Assembly: GCA_033763315.1 (NCBI GenBank)
Contig: JANRKS010000022.1
Span: forward strand, 32,001-96,000
DNA length: 64,000 nt
From: Deltaproteobacteria bacterium
GTDB lineage: Bacteria > Myxococcota_A > Polyangia > Fen-1088
Direction of reading: 5' to 3'
Positions 37,685 to 48,007 of the stretch are shown piece after piece; position 1 is the stretch's first letter; each line of letters begins with the position of its first letter. The translations under genes and the position numbers were made by a program. The notes under the pieces are model-generated. The model was not told the DNA's origin, did no database searches, and worked only from the letters and a program-made list of their open reading frames with translations.

Positions 37685-39751
37685 ATGGCAACTGCACAAG
37701 AGATTCGACACAAGCCCTTATCACTGCTTGATGGAAAGATCCTAAAGCAGGCGGCCATCAGCAGCGTGATCAAGCTGTCGCCCGGGCAGGTCATGCGCAA
37801 CCCCGTCATGTTCGTGGTCGAGGTGGGCAGCGTGCTCACAACGATTCTCGCCGTTCGCGACGTGGCTTCGCCTTCCGCAGACGCAGCCCCGCTGTGGTTC
37901 ACCATTGCCGTCACTCTATGGCTGTGGTTCACGCTGTTGTTTGCGAACTTCGCTGAGGCCGTTGCCGAGGGGCGCGGCAAGGCGCAGGCCGATTCTTTGC
38001 GCAAGATGCGCACCCAAGTGCAGGCGCGGCGGCTATCAGACAACGGTAAAGAACAACTTGTGGGGGCCGCGGAGCTGCGCGCAGGTGATCGTGTTGTTGT
38101 TGAAGCCGGCCAAGTGATTCCGGGCGATGGTGAAGTTGTCGAAGGCGTGGCTTCGGTGGACGAGTCAGCCATCACCGGCGAGTCGGCGCCGGTCATTCGA
38201 GAAAGCGGTGGCGATCGGTCGTCGGTGACGGGAGGCACCAAGGTGCTCTCTGACCGCATCGTTGTTCGCATCACCTCCAACCCGGGTGAAGCGTTCCTCG
38301 ATCGCATGATCGCGCTGGTGGAAGGCGCTTCACGGCAAAAAACGCCCAATGAAATTGCTCTACACATTCTGCTGGTGGGCCTGACGGTGGTGTTCCTGTT
38401 TGCTTGCGTGACCTTGGTGCCGCTTGCGCTTTATGGTGGCATCAAGCTTTCATCAACCGTAATCGTGGCGTTGCTTGTGTGTTTGATTCCGACCACCATC
38501 GGCGGTTTGCTGTCGGCGATCGGCATCGCGGGAATGGATCGCTTGATTCGCAAAAATGTCATCGCCACCAGTGGTAGGGCCATCGAAGCCGCCGGCGATG
38601 TGGATGTGCTTTTGCTCGATAAAACCGGGACGATCACCGTCGGGAACCGCATGGCCACGGCTTTCGTTCCTGTGTCAGGTGTATCGAAGGCCGCGTTGGC
38701 GGAAGCGGCGCAGCTTGCGAGCCTTGCCGACGAGACACCCGAAGGCAGGTCTATCGTGATATTTGCCAAGCAGGACCAGGGCCTGCGCGAGCGCGCCGCA
38801 AACGAACTGGTCGGCGCGACGTTTGTCGCCTTCTCGGCCAATACGCGTATGAGCGGATGCGATGTGGGGACGCGCCAGGTGCGCAAGGGCGCGGTGGATT
38901 CTGTGCGCGCTTGGGTTGAGGCCCAAGGGGGCTTGGTTCCAAGCGATCTCGACGCGTTGGCGAGTGCGATCGGCAACGAAGGCGGCACGCCGTTGGCAGT
39001 GGCGGATGGCGCCAAGATCTTGGGTATTGTGGCCCTCAGTGACGTGGTGAAAACGGGCATCAAAGAGCGCTTCGGACGCTTCCGCGCCATGGGCATTCGC
39101 ACTGTGATGATCACAGGTGACAACCCTCGAACCGCCGCGGCCATCTCGAAAGAGGCCGGCGTCGATGATTATCTGGCTGAAGCCACACCTGAAGCGAAAA
39201 TGCGTTTGATCAAGGAAGAACAGGCGAAGGGGCATTTGGTGGCGATGACCGGCGACGGCACGAACGACGCTCCAGCCTTGGCCCAAGCTGATGTGGGCGT
39301 GGCCATGGGCACCGGCACGCAAGCGGCCAAGGAGGCCGGCAACATGGTGGACCTCGATTCAAACCCAACCAAACTGCTCGAGGTCATTGAAGTTGGTAAG
39401 CAGCTCCTGATGACTCGCGGCGCGTTGACCACGTTCTCTATTGCCAACGACGTTGCGAAATACTTCGCCATACTTCCGGCGTTGTTTGTGGTCACTTATC
39501 CTGAGATCTCGCCGCTCAACGTGATGCGTTTGGCGTCGCCTTCCAGCGCCATTCTTTCCGCGGTGATCTTCAACGCGATCATCATCGTGGCCCTCATACC
39601 CTTGGCGTTGCGAGGCGTACCTTACCGGCCGCTTGGTGCGGCGGCTCTGTTTCGTCGCTCAATGCTGGTATACGGGGTTGGTGGAATCATTGCTCCTTTC
39701 ATCGGCATCAAGATCATTGATTTAATCTTGGTTGCCCTTCACTTGGTTTAA
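37685..39751 (+). CDS. kdpB: K+-transporting P-type ATPase subunit B
   Basis: [47 protein letters not shown]. Confidence 0.97.
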   Translation: MATAQEIRHKPLSLLDGKILKQAAISSVIKLSPGQVMRNPVMFVVEVGSVLTTILAVRDVASPSADAAPLWFTIAVTLWLWFTLLFANFAEAVAEGRGKAQADSLRKMRTQVQARRLSDNGKEQLVGAAELRAGDRVVVEAGQVIPGDGEVVEGVASVDESAITGESAPVIRESGGDRSSVTGGTKVLSDRIVVRITSNPGEAFLDRMIALVEGASRQKTPNEIALHILLVGLTVVFLFACVTLVPLALYGGIKLSSTVIVALLVCLIPTTIGGLLSAIGIAGMDRLIRKNVIATSGRAIEAAGDVDVLLLDKTGTITVGNRMATAFVPVSGVSKAALAEAAQLASLADETPEGRSIVIFAKQDQGLRERAANELVGATFVAFSANTRMSGCDVGTRQVRKGAVDSVRAWVEAQGGLVPSDLDALASAIGNEGGTPLAVADGAKILGIVALSDVVKTGIKERFGRFRAMGIRTVMITGDNPRTAAAISKEAGVDDYLAEATPEAKMRLIKEEQAKGHLVAMTGDGTNDAPALAQADVGVAMGTGTQAAKEAGNMVDLDSNPTKLLEVIEVGKQLLMTRGALTTFSIANDVAKYFAILPALFVVTYPEISPLNVMRLASPSSAILSAVIFNAIIIVALIPLALRGVPYRPLGAAALFRRSMLVYGVGGIIAPFIGIKIIDLILVALHLV

Positions 39752-39763
39752 AGCGGGGTCACT

Positions 39764-40408
39764 ATGGCAATGGGAACCGAAACTATGGAAGCGAACGCCC
39801 CTCAACTTGAAACGTCTTCGTTAAAGTCAACCATGCTGGTGTCTTTGCGAGCCACGCTCGTCACCCTCATCGTCACTGGGTTGATCTACCCGTTCGTGAT
39901 GACCGGGCTTGGGCAACTCATCTTTCCGAAACAGGCCGCGGGCAGCCTTGTTCATGATGGTCGGGGGCAGGTTGTGGGCTCTACACTCATCGGTCAGGCA
40001 TTTTCGGCGCCAGGGTATTTTCAAACGCGACCCTCGGCGGCAGGCAACGGGTACGACGCCACGTCGTCCTCGGGATCGAATTTGGGTGGCTCATCCGCCA
40101 AACTTCGGGCACGGGTGGAAGCGGACATCGCCCGCTTGCGTTCGGAGAATCCGGATGCGCCGGGGCTCGTGCCTGTGGAACTGGTGACGGCTTCCGCGAG
40201 CGGCCTCGATCCGCATATTTCTCCCGCAGCGGCACGTTGGCAGATGCCCCGGGTGGCCAAGGCGCGCGGGGTGAACGTAGAACGAATCCAGGCCCTTGTG
40301 GCAGACGCAACCACGGGACGCGATCTGGGGCTGTGGGGCGAAAGTCGTGTGAATGTGTTGATGTTGAACCTGGCATTGGACAAACTACTCGGCGCTCCGA
40401 ACAAATAA
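39764..40408 (+). CDS. kdpC: K+-transporting ATPase subunit C
   Basis: YP..MTG..Q..FP..A.GSL, YFQTRPSA, SGSNLG, VTASASGLDPHIS, RVNVLMLNLALD. Confidence 0.96.
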   Translation: MAMGTETMEANAPQLETSSLKSTMLVSLRATLVTLIVTGLIYPFVMTGLGQLIFPKQAAGSLVHDGRGQVVGSTLIGQAFSAPGYFQTRPSAAGNGYDATSSSGSNLGGSSAKLRARVEADIARLRSENPDAPGLVPVELVTASASGLDPHISPAAARWQMPRVAKARGVNVERIQALVADATTGRDLGLWGESRVNVLMLNLALDKLLGAPNK

Positions 40409-40432
40409 TCGCGTACTTAGCGCTCACAACCC

Positions 40433-41800
40433 ATGAACGGCCTTTCCATACTCATCATCGATGACGAAAAGAACATTCGTCATACGTTGAGGATCTGCCT
40501 TGAGACCATGGGCGTGTCGGTGGTTGAAGCGGGATCGCCGGCGGCCGCGAAAGAGGCCGCCTCGCGTGGCCTCTTCGACATCGTATTCTTGGATTTGAAG
40601 CTTGGCACTCATAGCGGCCTAGACTTGATTCCGACGTTGCTTGAGCTTAACCCCAACGTCGTCATCATTGTGATCACCGCCTACGCCACGGTGGAGACCG
40701 CGGTCGACGCGATCCGCAAAGGGGCTTGGGATTATTTGCCAAAGCCCTTCACACCCGCCCAGATCCGGCACTTGGTTGATAAAGCCAAGACGCAACGATC
40801 GCTTGCAGCGAAGATCGCAAACCTTGAGCACCAACTGCAGGCGGAAACGCCCGAGATCGATCTAAAGCCGCAAGCGCCCGCAATGCACGCCGCGATTGCC
40901 ATCGTAGAACGAGCCGCCGCTTCCGATGTGGCCGTGTTGCTACGCGGTGAAAATGGCACCGGCAAGGGCGTATTGGCCCGCACGCTGCACCTGCAAAGCC
41001 CGCGTCGGGAACATCCGTTTGTGACCGTCAATTGCCCCACGTTGACCGAAGAATTGTTGGCCAGCGAATTGTTTGGGCACGCCAAAGGGGCCTTCACCGG
41101 TGCCGTTCGCGACCAACCGGGGCGCGTGGAGATGGCGGAGCACGGCACGCTATTTCTAGATGAAATTGGCGAGCTGCCACCCACCTTGCAAGCGAAACTA
41201 CTGCGCTTTCTGCAGGAAAAAGCCTTTGAACGCGTTGGCGAGAATCGGACGCGCAAGGCGGATGTTCGTGTGGTTGCGGCCACCAATCGCGATCTGGAAG
41301 CCGACGTCGCCAGCGGTCGCTTTCGCGAAGATCTGCTGTTTCGCTTAAACGTCATCGAGGTCAAGGTACCCTCCCTGCGGGATCGGCCTGAAGACATTTT
41401 GCCTCTTGCCGACCGCTTCCTTCATTTCTTTGCGAAAACAACGGGCCGTCGCGTGCCAACTCTATCAGCGGCGGCCAAAACCGTGCTTAAGGAATACGCT
41501 TGGCCGGGCAATGTTCGCGAACTCCGCAACGCCATCGAGCGAGCGTTGATCTTGTGGCCCGCGGATGTGCTTGAGCCTCAGTCGTTCCCAGCGCGCATCG
41601 CAGGCGCGCGCAGCAAAGGGCCTTCCGTAGGCGGCAAGTACACGCTGGAAGAAATCGAGCGGGCCCACGTAAACTTGGTCGTCGCGCAGTGCCGCACCAT
41701 GGAAGACGCGGCTGCCGTTTTAGGGATCGACGATTCGACGCTCTGGCGAAAACGAAAGCGCTATGAGGAACACGATCTTTCTGCGGAAGCTGTCAAATGA
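40433..41800 (+). CDS. Sigma54-dependent response regulator (REC-AAA+-Fis HTH), AlgB/NtrC-like
   Basis: IIDDE...FLDLKL receiver; GENGTGK, ELFGHAKGAFTGA, LFLDEIGE, AATNRDL, WPGNVRELRN; C-terminal HTH. Confidence 0.94.
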   Translation: MNGLSILIIDDEKNIRHTLRICLETMGVSVVEAGSPAAAKEAASRGLFDIVFLDLKLGTHSGLDLIPTLLELNPNVVIIVITAYATVETAVDAIRKGAWDYLPKPFTPAQIRHLVDKAKTQRSLAAKIANLEHQLQAETPEIDLKPQAPAMHAAIAIVERAAASDVAVLLRGENGTGKGVLARTLHLQSPRREHPFVTVNCPTLTEELLASELFGHAKGAFTGAVRDQPGRVEMAEHGTLFLDEIGELPPTLQAKLLRFLQEKAFERVGENRTRKADVRVVAATNRDLEADVASGRFREDLLFRLNVIEVKVPSLRDRPEDILPLADRFLHFFAKTTGRRVPTLSAAAKTVLKEYAWPGNVRELRNAIERALILWPADVLEPQSFPARIAGARSKGPSVGGKYTLEEIERAHVNLVVAQCRTMEDAAAVLGIDDSTLWRKRKRYEEHDLSAEAVK

Positions 41801-42053
41801 TGAACTTTGCAAGCGACGTCATCGCCCGAAAAAAAGCAAACCTTCCGCCTCGGCCGTTCGGAGAGTTCTGTGCCCCTACATCAAGTAGGGTGGGGACCAC
41901 GTGGTGACCGCATCGGGCTTCCCGACGTCGCGGGCGTGCACATCCATCGGTCAGAGGCAGCCCCCTGTATCGAAATTGTAGGGAAAAGAATTCGTCCGTT
42001 ATCGAACCGCGCAGAAGGTTCTTTTCTTAGGATGGGGCCGGATGCCGCGTTGG

Positions 42054-42509
42054 TCAAGAGCGGGATTTTGGCAAGTGTCCTGAATCTGGAAAAAGCCTAT
42101 GAATCGCTTCATGCCGATGCGATGACGGCGCTGGCAGCGGAGCTGATGTATCCAAAGCGTCTTCTGGGCAAACTTCAACGCAACGGTTACACGAAATGCA
42201 CCGCAGTTCGTCTATCTCGAACAGCAAAGGCTGCGGCCGCGCGCCAGGCGCCACCAAAGCACGCTCAACTGTGAGACAATTCGTCGGGCAAGCGGCTGCG
42301 CACAGGCCGCACGCCACGCAGCGAGGCGTTTCGTCTTTGAGGAGTTTGAGGCGCAAACCACCCGGTGCAGGTGGCACCGCCGGTGCGGGCGCCGGCTGTT
42401 CAATCATATGCGCAGCGGTGGCCCACAAACCAGCGCCGACGCCCAACAGATCGCGGAACAACCCCCCAGGCCGCGGGCGCGCCACCAACACGAAGCGCGG
42501 GCTCTTCAT
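42054..42509 (-). CDS. nuoI: NuoI-like 2x[4Fe-4S] subunit (divergent)
   Basis: CVACGLCAAACP and CISCNRCVEVCPEDA; ATGA overlap with nuoH. Confidence 0.75.
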   Translation of the reverse strand: MKSPRFVLVARPRPGGLFRDLLGVGAGLWATAAHMIEQPAPAPAVPPAPGGLRLKLLKDETPRCVACGLCAAACPTNCLTVERALVAPGARPQPLLFEIDELRCISCNRCVEVCPEDALDTSAPLPAPSSHRHEAIHRLFPDSGHLPKSRS

Positions 42510-43624
42510 GCGGCCCCCGTGTTGTGCACGAACACACGCCAAACCAAAGCGAACGCCAACGTGAGCACACCCAACGGCACCAAACGCCGCCACACAAGGT
42601 CCAAGATCTGATCAGGGCGCGGCCTCACCACGGCACCGCGTGCCACTTGTTGAACCGAGCACGCCAGGGCCACCTTCGCCGCGAACGAAAGCCACGACAC
42701 GAACACAAAGATGGCGTGCATCGCGTGCGTCGACAGCCAACCCTCGCCGGGAAAATGCCACGCGCCGAAGAACACCGTCACCACCAACGCGCTGGCGAAC
42801 ACCGAACGCACAAGTTCGGCCAGACGAAACAAGCCCGCGCGCATGCCGGAGTACTCAACCAGCGCGCCAATCACTTCGCCACGCCCATCGTCTAGGCTAA
42901 ACGGCGTGCGAGGCGCACCGACAACAAGGGCTGTCCACAACACCAAGAACGCAAGCAGATGAGGCACACTCCAGATCGCCCACTGCCACGGCCACTGTCC
43001 TTGCGCCGCTACATAATCGGCGGGGTTTAAAGATCCCGTCAGCACCGCGAGGCTCAACAACGCCAGACCGACGGGCACGCCATAAGAGGCGGTCTGAAAA
43101 ATGTGCCGTAGTCCGGAAAACAAGGCCCATTTGCTCCGCGACGACCAGCCCGCCATGGCGGCGCCAAACACGAACAACATCGAGCCCACGACGAACATCA
43201 CCAAGCCTTCGTCGATCTCGATCACCTGCATTGGCAGCGCTTGGGGGCACGCGTTTGGCGGCACGGTTTGCCACAACTGCCCGAGGCACACAGGCGCTGA
43301 CAACGGCAACGTGGCGCCCAAGCAAAGCGCGCATGCCAACGCCCACAGCGGCGCCACCACAAACAGCCCGCGGTAGCCCTGTGGCGGGATCAGATCTTCT
43401 TTGAAGATAAGTTTGATCGCATCGACGAACACCAAGGATAGGCCTTTGGCACGCAAGGCCCCACGCGTGCCCAGCAGTGCGCCACGTGACACGAGCAAAG
43501 GTGATTCACGCCGCTCAAGCGCGGCCAGCACGAATGAAAGGCCCACACCCGTGATCACCACAAAGATCATTTTGAGCAGCGACCACAGCAAAACAAAACC
43601 AAACGTGCCTGAGGCGGCGTTCAT
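42506..43624 (-). CDS. nuoH: NuoH-like membrane subunit (divergent)
   Basis: DAIKLIFKED, AGWSSRSKW...GLR...Q..SY, RTPF, VEYSG.R..LF. Confidence 0.8.
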   Translation of the reverse strand: MNAASGTFGFVLLWSLLKMIFVVITGVGLSFVLAALERRESPLLVSRGALLGTRGALRAKGLSLVFVDAIKLIFKEDLIPPQGYRGLFVVAPLWALACALCLGATLPLSAPVCLGQLWQTVPPNACPQALPMQVIEIDEGLVMFVVGSMLFVFGAAMAGWSSRSKWALFSGLRHIFQTASYGVPVGLALLSLAVLTGSLNPADYVAAQGQWPWQWAIWSVPHLLAFLVLWTALVVGAPRTPFSLDDGRGEVIGALVEYSGMRAGLFRLAELVRSVFASALVVTVFFGAWHFPGEGWLSTHAMHAIFVFVSWLSFAAKVALACSVQQVARGAVVRPRPDQILDLVWRRLVPLGVLTLAFALVWRVFVHNTGAA

Positions 43625-45144
43625 GTTTGTGACTCCTCGATCAACGAGGGGTGACGGCGCAACAGATGCCCGCGCACGTCCGTAAGGTTATCGAAACCCA
43701 GTTCCACGCCCAGGCGGCGCGCCAGGTGGTTGATCAGTTCCCAACCGGGTAAGGCATCCCCCTGTGGCGCGCTCACGGGCCTCAACGCCTGTGGGTGCCC
43801 TGCCCCATTGACGAAGCTGCCCTGCGTTTCTGTGAACGGCGCCAGCGGGAAGGCGACTTTCGCGATCGGGACCAATGGATCTTCATACACGCTGGCCACA
43901 ACCAAAACCGGCGCGTTTTGCAGGGCTTGCACAAGCGCGGCGAACCCAGGCGGTGCCAGCTCGATGGGGCCAACAACCAACACAGCGGTCACCGTGCCCG
44001 CGTTGAGATCGATTGGCAGTTGTTCAAGCGCAACAGCACGGTTGGCAAGCACGGCGACCGCCGCGCGGTTGGCGCTTTTGTCACCAGATACAAGCGGCGG
44101 CAGAGGTTGACCATCGTTGTGCGCCCACACATACGTTCGCGTGGCCAAGGCGCGCTCGATGGCGAAGGCAGAGATGGCACACAAATCAAACGTGGACGCC
44201 TGCGCCGATAGCACCACGCCCAGAGTGCCTGCTTTCATCGCTGGCGCCAGCAAAGCTGACGCGGCATCAAGGGCGCGATCCCATGAAACCACCGCGCCAC
44301 CCGCCACAGGCACCGACAGACGAGGCCACGGAGGGGGCAATGGCAACCGGTAGCCTTCGTCGCACAGAAAATGCGCGCCGCCACGTGAGGACACGCGGCG
44401 CAACTGACCGTGATCGTGATGCAACCACACAGGGCAGCCCGTGGCACAGCGGGGGCACACCGAGGGCGTGGCCTGCGTGGTCCAGCGTTGTGTCTGCGGC
44501 ACACGCTTAGCCGTAAACACGCCCGTAGGACACAGCTCGGTGAAGGCCAACGCGTAAGGCGCGTTGAGCTTCTCCTCTTCGTTTACCACCAAGACCGGGG
44601 CGTGGCCTGGTTCCGCTTGCAAAGACAACAACGGCACCTTGAGCACGTGGTTCGCAAATGAGGTGCAACGCGTGCAGCCGACGCACAATTCTTTGTGCAA
44701 CACCACTTCATCGCCCAAGGCATCGCTGTGCGTGCCCGCCGGCAACGCGTTTAACGTTATGGCTGGCGATGGCACGGGTGCGCTGCGCGCCAACGCGTCT
44801 TGCAACCCACACGCACCCGATTGGTGGCAGACGGAACACGCGCTTGGGTGCTTCGCTGCCACCTGGGCCAGGGCTTGACGTCGTGCCACCACTGCCGCTT
44901 TGCCGCGGGTGTTGATCACGGCGTCTGCACGCAGCGGTTCGCGGCAAGCGCGCACCACCATGCCGTTGGCAATCACCTGGCAACTACCGCACGTGCCTGC
45001 GCTACTCACACTATCATGCGCGCACAAAGCCACCACGCCCGCTCCTGCCGCTTCACACGCTTGCAGCACGGTGGCAGGCGACGCCACGCGCACGACTTCA
45101 CCATCCACCGTGGCAAGCAACGCTGGCGCGCTTAGCGATCGCAT
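43621..45144 (-). CDS. nuoG: NuoG-like Fe-S subunit (divergent, shortened)
   Basis: 2Fe-2S motif C..AGTCGSC..RAC; HPSACSVC..GAC; CVGCTRC..LCPTG; CPRCATGC..LCDEG; C-terminal ETQGSFVN. Start is uncertain. Confidence 0.75.
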   Translation of the reverse strand: MRSLSAPALLATVDGEVVRVASPATVLQACEAAGAGVVALCAHDSVSSAGTCGSCQVIANGMVVRACREPLRADAVINTRGKAAVVARRQALAQVAAKHPSACSVCHQSGACGLQDALARSAPVPSPAITLNALPAGTHSDALGDEVVLHKELCVGCTRCTSFANHVLKVPLLSLQAEPGHAPVLVVNEEEKLNAPYALAFTELCPTGVFTAKRVPQTQRWTTQATPSVCPRCATGCPVWLHHDHGQLRRVSSRGGAHFLCDEGYRLPLPPPWPRLSVPVAGGAVVSWDRALDAASALLAPAMKAGTLGVVLSAQASTFDLCAISAFAIERALATRTYVWAHNDGQPLPPLVSGDKSANRAAVAVLANRAVALEQLPIDLNAGTVTAVLVVGPIELAPPGFAALVQALQNAPVLVVASVYEDPLVPIAKVAFPLAPFTETQGSFVNGAGHPQALRPVSAPQGDALPGWELINHLARRLGVELGFDNLTDVRGHLLRRHPSLIEESQT

Positions 45145-46370
45145 TCGCCCCCCACAACGTTAAACAAACAATAGGTCGGCACGACATCGGACACCGCGTG
45201 GGTGGGCAAGATGTGGCTCAACATTGCGGCGTTCGCAAAGCTTGGCGCGCGCACACGACACTTCACGGGGCGCGTACCGCCCTTTGAAACGATGAAGAAA
45301 CCAAGCTCTCCGTTGGCGGCTTCAGTGGCGCTGTAGACCTCGCCGGCCGGCACAAACGGCCCTTGCGTGGCCAGCGATTGCAGCGCCGCCTGCGCCCACA
45401 CCTGCGTTTGCCTCACTTCCAAAGCGGGTGGAACAAAGGTGGGATCGTCGAGCAACACAGGCCCCGGGGACAAGCGGCCGATCGCCTGCTCCACAATTCG
45501 CAACGACTGCCGCAGCTCCTCCATACGCACGGCGTAGCGATCCCAGTTGTCGCCATGTTCGCCAAGCGGCACATCAAAGTCGTAATCGTCGTACGCAAAA
45601 TAGGGCGCGTCCTTGCGCACGTCACATGCCACACCACTGGCACGCGCCACAGGGCCAGTGAGCCCCCACCCACGCGCTGTGGCTGCATCGATCGCACAAA
45701 TGCCGCGGGTGCGTTCGCGAAACATCGGGTTCTCACCCAGCAGCCGATCCACGCGCCACACGATCCGCCGCAAACCGGGAGAAAACGCACGGAACGCTGA
45801 TACCCAATCATCGGGTAGATCGCGGGCCACTCCCCCCAAACGAATGTACGGGGCCCCAAGCCGCGGCCCCGCGGCCGCTTCCAGCAAACGCCACAAGCGC
45901 GCCCGCGCGTCCATCATCAGATAAAACGCGTTCGAGGCGCCAAGCGACAATGCGGTGGCCCCCAAACACGTGAGGTGATCACCGATGCGTGAAAGTTCCC
46001 CGACGATCACGCGCAAACGCAAAGCCCGCAGCGGAATATCGGCTTGCACACCCAGCAAACGCTCAACCGCCAGAGCGTAACCGGCGGCGTTGAGCAGCGG
46101 TGATACGTAATTGAGCCGTTCAACAAGCAACAAAGTCTGGTCGTAAGGAGAGGATTCAGCTTCCTTTTCAAAACCACGGTGAAGCAAGCCCACTTGCACG
46201 TCGGCGGCGCGAATGGCCTCGCCTTCCACTTCAAGCACGATGCGCGTGGAGCCACGCAACACCGGATGTGAAGGGCCCAACACCAAACCCAAGGAATCGC
46301 CACCCGCCGACGGCAGATCCAAAACCAAGCGGTGGGCACGCTCTTTTCGCCGGTGTTTTATGGGTGCCAC
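45132..46370 (-). CDS. nuoD: NuoD-like subunit (divergent)
   Basis: GPSHP, GLLHRGFEKEAE, ERLNY, ELSRIGDHL, TGPVARASG..DVRKD.PY..Y, EAANGELG, RAPSF, GECDR. Confidence 0.85.
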   Translation of the reverse strand: MAPIKHRRKERAHRLVLDLPSAGGDSLGLVLGPSHPVLRGSTRIVLEVEGEAIRAADVQVGLLHRGFEKEAESSPYDQTLLLVERLNYVSPLLNAAGYALAVERLLGVQADIPLRALRLRVIVGELSRIGDHLTCLGATALSLGASNAFYLMMDARARLWRLLEAAAGPRLGAPYIRLGGVARDLPDDWVSAFRAFSPGLRRIVWRVDRLLGENPMFRERTRGICAIDAATARGWGLTGPVARASGVACDVRKDAPYFAYDDYDFDVPLGEHGDNWDRYAVRMEELRQSLRIVEQAIGRLSPGPVLLDDPTFVPPALEVRQTQVWAQAALQSLATQGPFVPAGEVYSATEAANGELGFFIVSKGGTRPVKCRVRAPSFANAAMLSHILPTHAVSDVVPTYCLFNVVGGECDR

Positions 46371-46373
46371 GGC

Positions 46374-46901
46374 TTAACCCTGCCCTAATTTTGACAGCGG
46401 CCCCACGCGCACCAGTGGTTGCCGGCGTTGCTTTTCGTAGTCCTTGCGCAACGGGTGCCCCATGAATTCGGCGTAGAGCAAGATCCGCCGCAGATCGGGA
46501 TGCTCTGTCACGCGCAAACCATAAAGATCGAAGGCTTCACGCTCGAACCAATTGGCCCCCGGCCACAACGATGTGACGCTGGGCAAAGCCAGCTCACTCG
46601 CACGCAAGCGCGTACGCAAAGCGACACGCGTGCCGCCGCCGGCGGCAAGCACAAGCTGCACCACGAAGCGCCCCGGCGCCCGCGGCGAAGTGTTCGGCAG
46701 CCACAAATCAGTGACGGTGAGATCGATAAACGTGGCGCAGCCTTCGCGGTGCAGCCAGGCCGCGCTCGTAAGCCACGCACCGCGCGCCACTTCGATCCAC
46801 ACAAGCCCTGGGCTGCTGCCCGTGGCAACGGCGGGGTGACCTTGGTCGCGCAGCAAAGCTTGCAACGACGACCAATCGTGCAACGCCACAGCCACCGTCA
46901 C
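46374..46901 (-). CDS. nuoC: NuoC-like subunit
   Basis: [22 protein letters not shown]...[10 protein letters not shown]...GHPLRKDY; GTG start overlaps the nuoB stop. Confidence 0.85.
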   Translation of the reverse strand: MTVAVALHDWSSLQALLRDQGHPAVATGSSPGLVWIEVARGAWLTSAAWLHREGCATFIDLTVTDLWLPNTSPRAPGRFVVQLVLAAGGGTRVALRTRLRASELALPSVTSLWPGANWFEREAFDLYGLRVTEHPDLRRILLYAEFMGHPLRKDYEKQRRQPLVRVGPLSKLGQG

Positions 46902-47446
46902 GCTGGCTTTCCTTTGCCACGTTTCCGGGGCGGCGCCTTTGGCTTGCGTTGCGGTAGGTGCGGCCGAATGCGAACCAAGGATCCCGTGGCGGCGGGCATC
47001 TCTTGCGCGGGTTGGCCGCCGATGCGTGTGCGCAATTCTTTGAGCGCCCACAAGAATTGTTCAGGGCGAGGCGGGCAGCCCGGAACATACACATCCACAG
47101 GCACCACCTGATCCGCTCCGGGCACAACGGCGTAGTTTTGGTAAAGCCCGCCGCTGGCGGCGCACGCACCAAAGGCAATCACCCATTTGGGATCGCCCAT
47201 CTGTTCGTACACCCGCCGCAACGCGGGCGCTTGCCGTTCGGTGATTGTGCCCACCACCACCAGCAGATCGGCTTGGCGCGGGGAGGCTTTCGGCAAAGCA
47301 AAGCCGAAGCGCGACGAGCCGTGCCCCACAGTGGCCATGAACTCAACGCCACAACACGCACTGAGAAACGGATACTGTTCGACCGAGTGCTTGCGGGCCC
47401 ACGCCACAACGGCGTCCACACGGGTTGTATGGATCTCAAGTTGCAT
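46898..47446 (-). CDS. nuoB: NuoB-like subunit
   Basis: [55 protein letters not shown]. Confidence 0.88.
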   Translation of the reverse strand: MQLEIHTTRVDAVVAWARKHSVEQYPFLSACCGVEFMATVGHGSSRFGFALPKASPRQADLLVVVGTITERQAPALRRVYEQMGDPKWVIAFGACAASGGLYQNYAVVPGADQVVPVDVYVPGCPPRPEQFLWALKELRTRIGGQPAQEMPAATGSLVRIRPHLPQRKPKAPPRKRGKGKPA

Positions 47447-47865
47447 CAGGAATTCCAGGCACCGGCACGCGTGCCGCGCACGTGCAGCCACGCCACCAGC
47501 AGCACAACCGCGAAGGTCAGCCCCGCCGCCCACAAGTTGCTGCCAGGCACACAATCCGCCGCCACCGCACAGGCAGGGCCTGGCCTCCAGGCGCGCTGCC
47601 CAACAAGCATGGCCCACGGCAGCAACAGTGCCACCGCCATGTCAAAAACCAGAAAGGCCAGCAACATGGGGTAAAGCCGCAGCGCCATGGGTGCGTGCGC
47701 GTCGCCCAGCGCTTCTCCGCCGCCTTCAAACGACAGGCCCTTGGCCGATCCCGGCGCCGCACGGCGGTTCGGCCCAAATCGACCCGCGAACAAAGAGACA
47801 GCCGCGCCAACCCCAGCGCTCACCAAAACGGCCACCACGGCGGGCAAATACTCTGCGGTCCTCAT
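47446..47865 (-). CDS. nuoA: NuoA-like subunit (divergent)
   Basis: Three TMs; FLVFD....LLPWA; first gene of the nuo run with TGATG coupling to nuoB. Confidence 0.7.
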   Translation of the reverse strand: MRTAEYLPAVVAVLVSAGVGAAVSLFAGRFGPNRRAAPGSAKGLSFEGGGEALGDAHAPMALRLYPMLLAFLVFDMAVALLLPWAMLVGQRAWRPGPACAVAADCVPGSNLWAAGLTFAVVLLVAWLHVRGTRAGAWNS

Positions 47866-47969
47866 CGTCCCACCTGCCCTTCCATTAAACGGCCGCGCGC
47901 CGCTCCCGTCAAAGAAGTGCGGAAGAACCGCGGAAGACCGCACATTTACACATTTGACCAAGACGGGGT

Positions 47970-48000
47970 TTGACGTAGGCCCTACACATTTTTATACCAT
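47970..48000 (+). promoter_or_regulatory. Candidate sigma70 promoter for the dsbA-like gene
   Basis: TTGACG (47970-75), 17-nt spacer, TATACC/TACCAT, shortly before ATG 48008. Confidence 0.4.
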
Positions 48001-48007
48001 TGCAGCA

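Noticed and set aside
41807-42274. 155-aa plus-strand ORF after the sigma54 regulator
   Set aside because: TTG start, no recognisable motif, and its 3' half is antisense to nuoI.
42054-47865. nuo genes as pseudogenes, or as a group 4 [NiFe]-hydrogenase
   Set aside because: No stops or frameshifts are visible, and the NuoD-like protein lacks the CxxC nickel-binding motifs.
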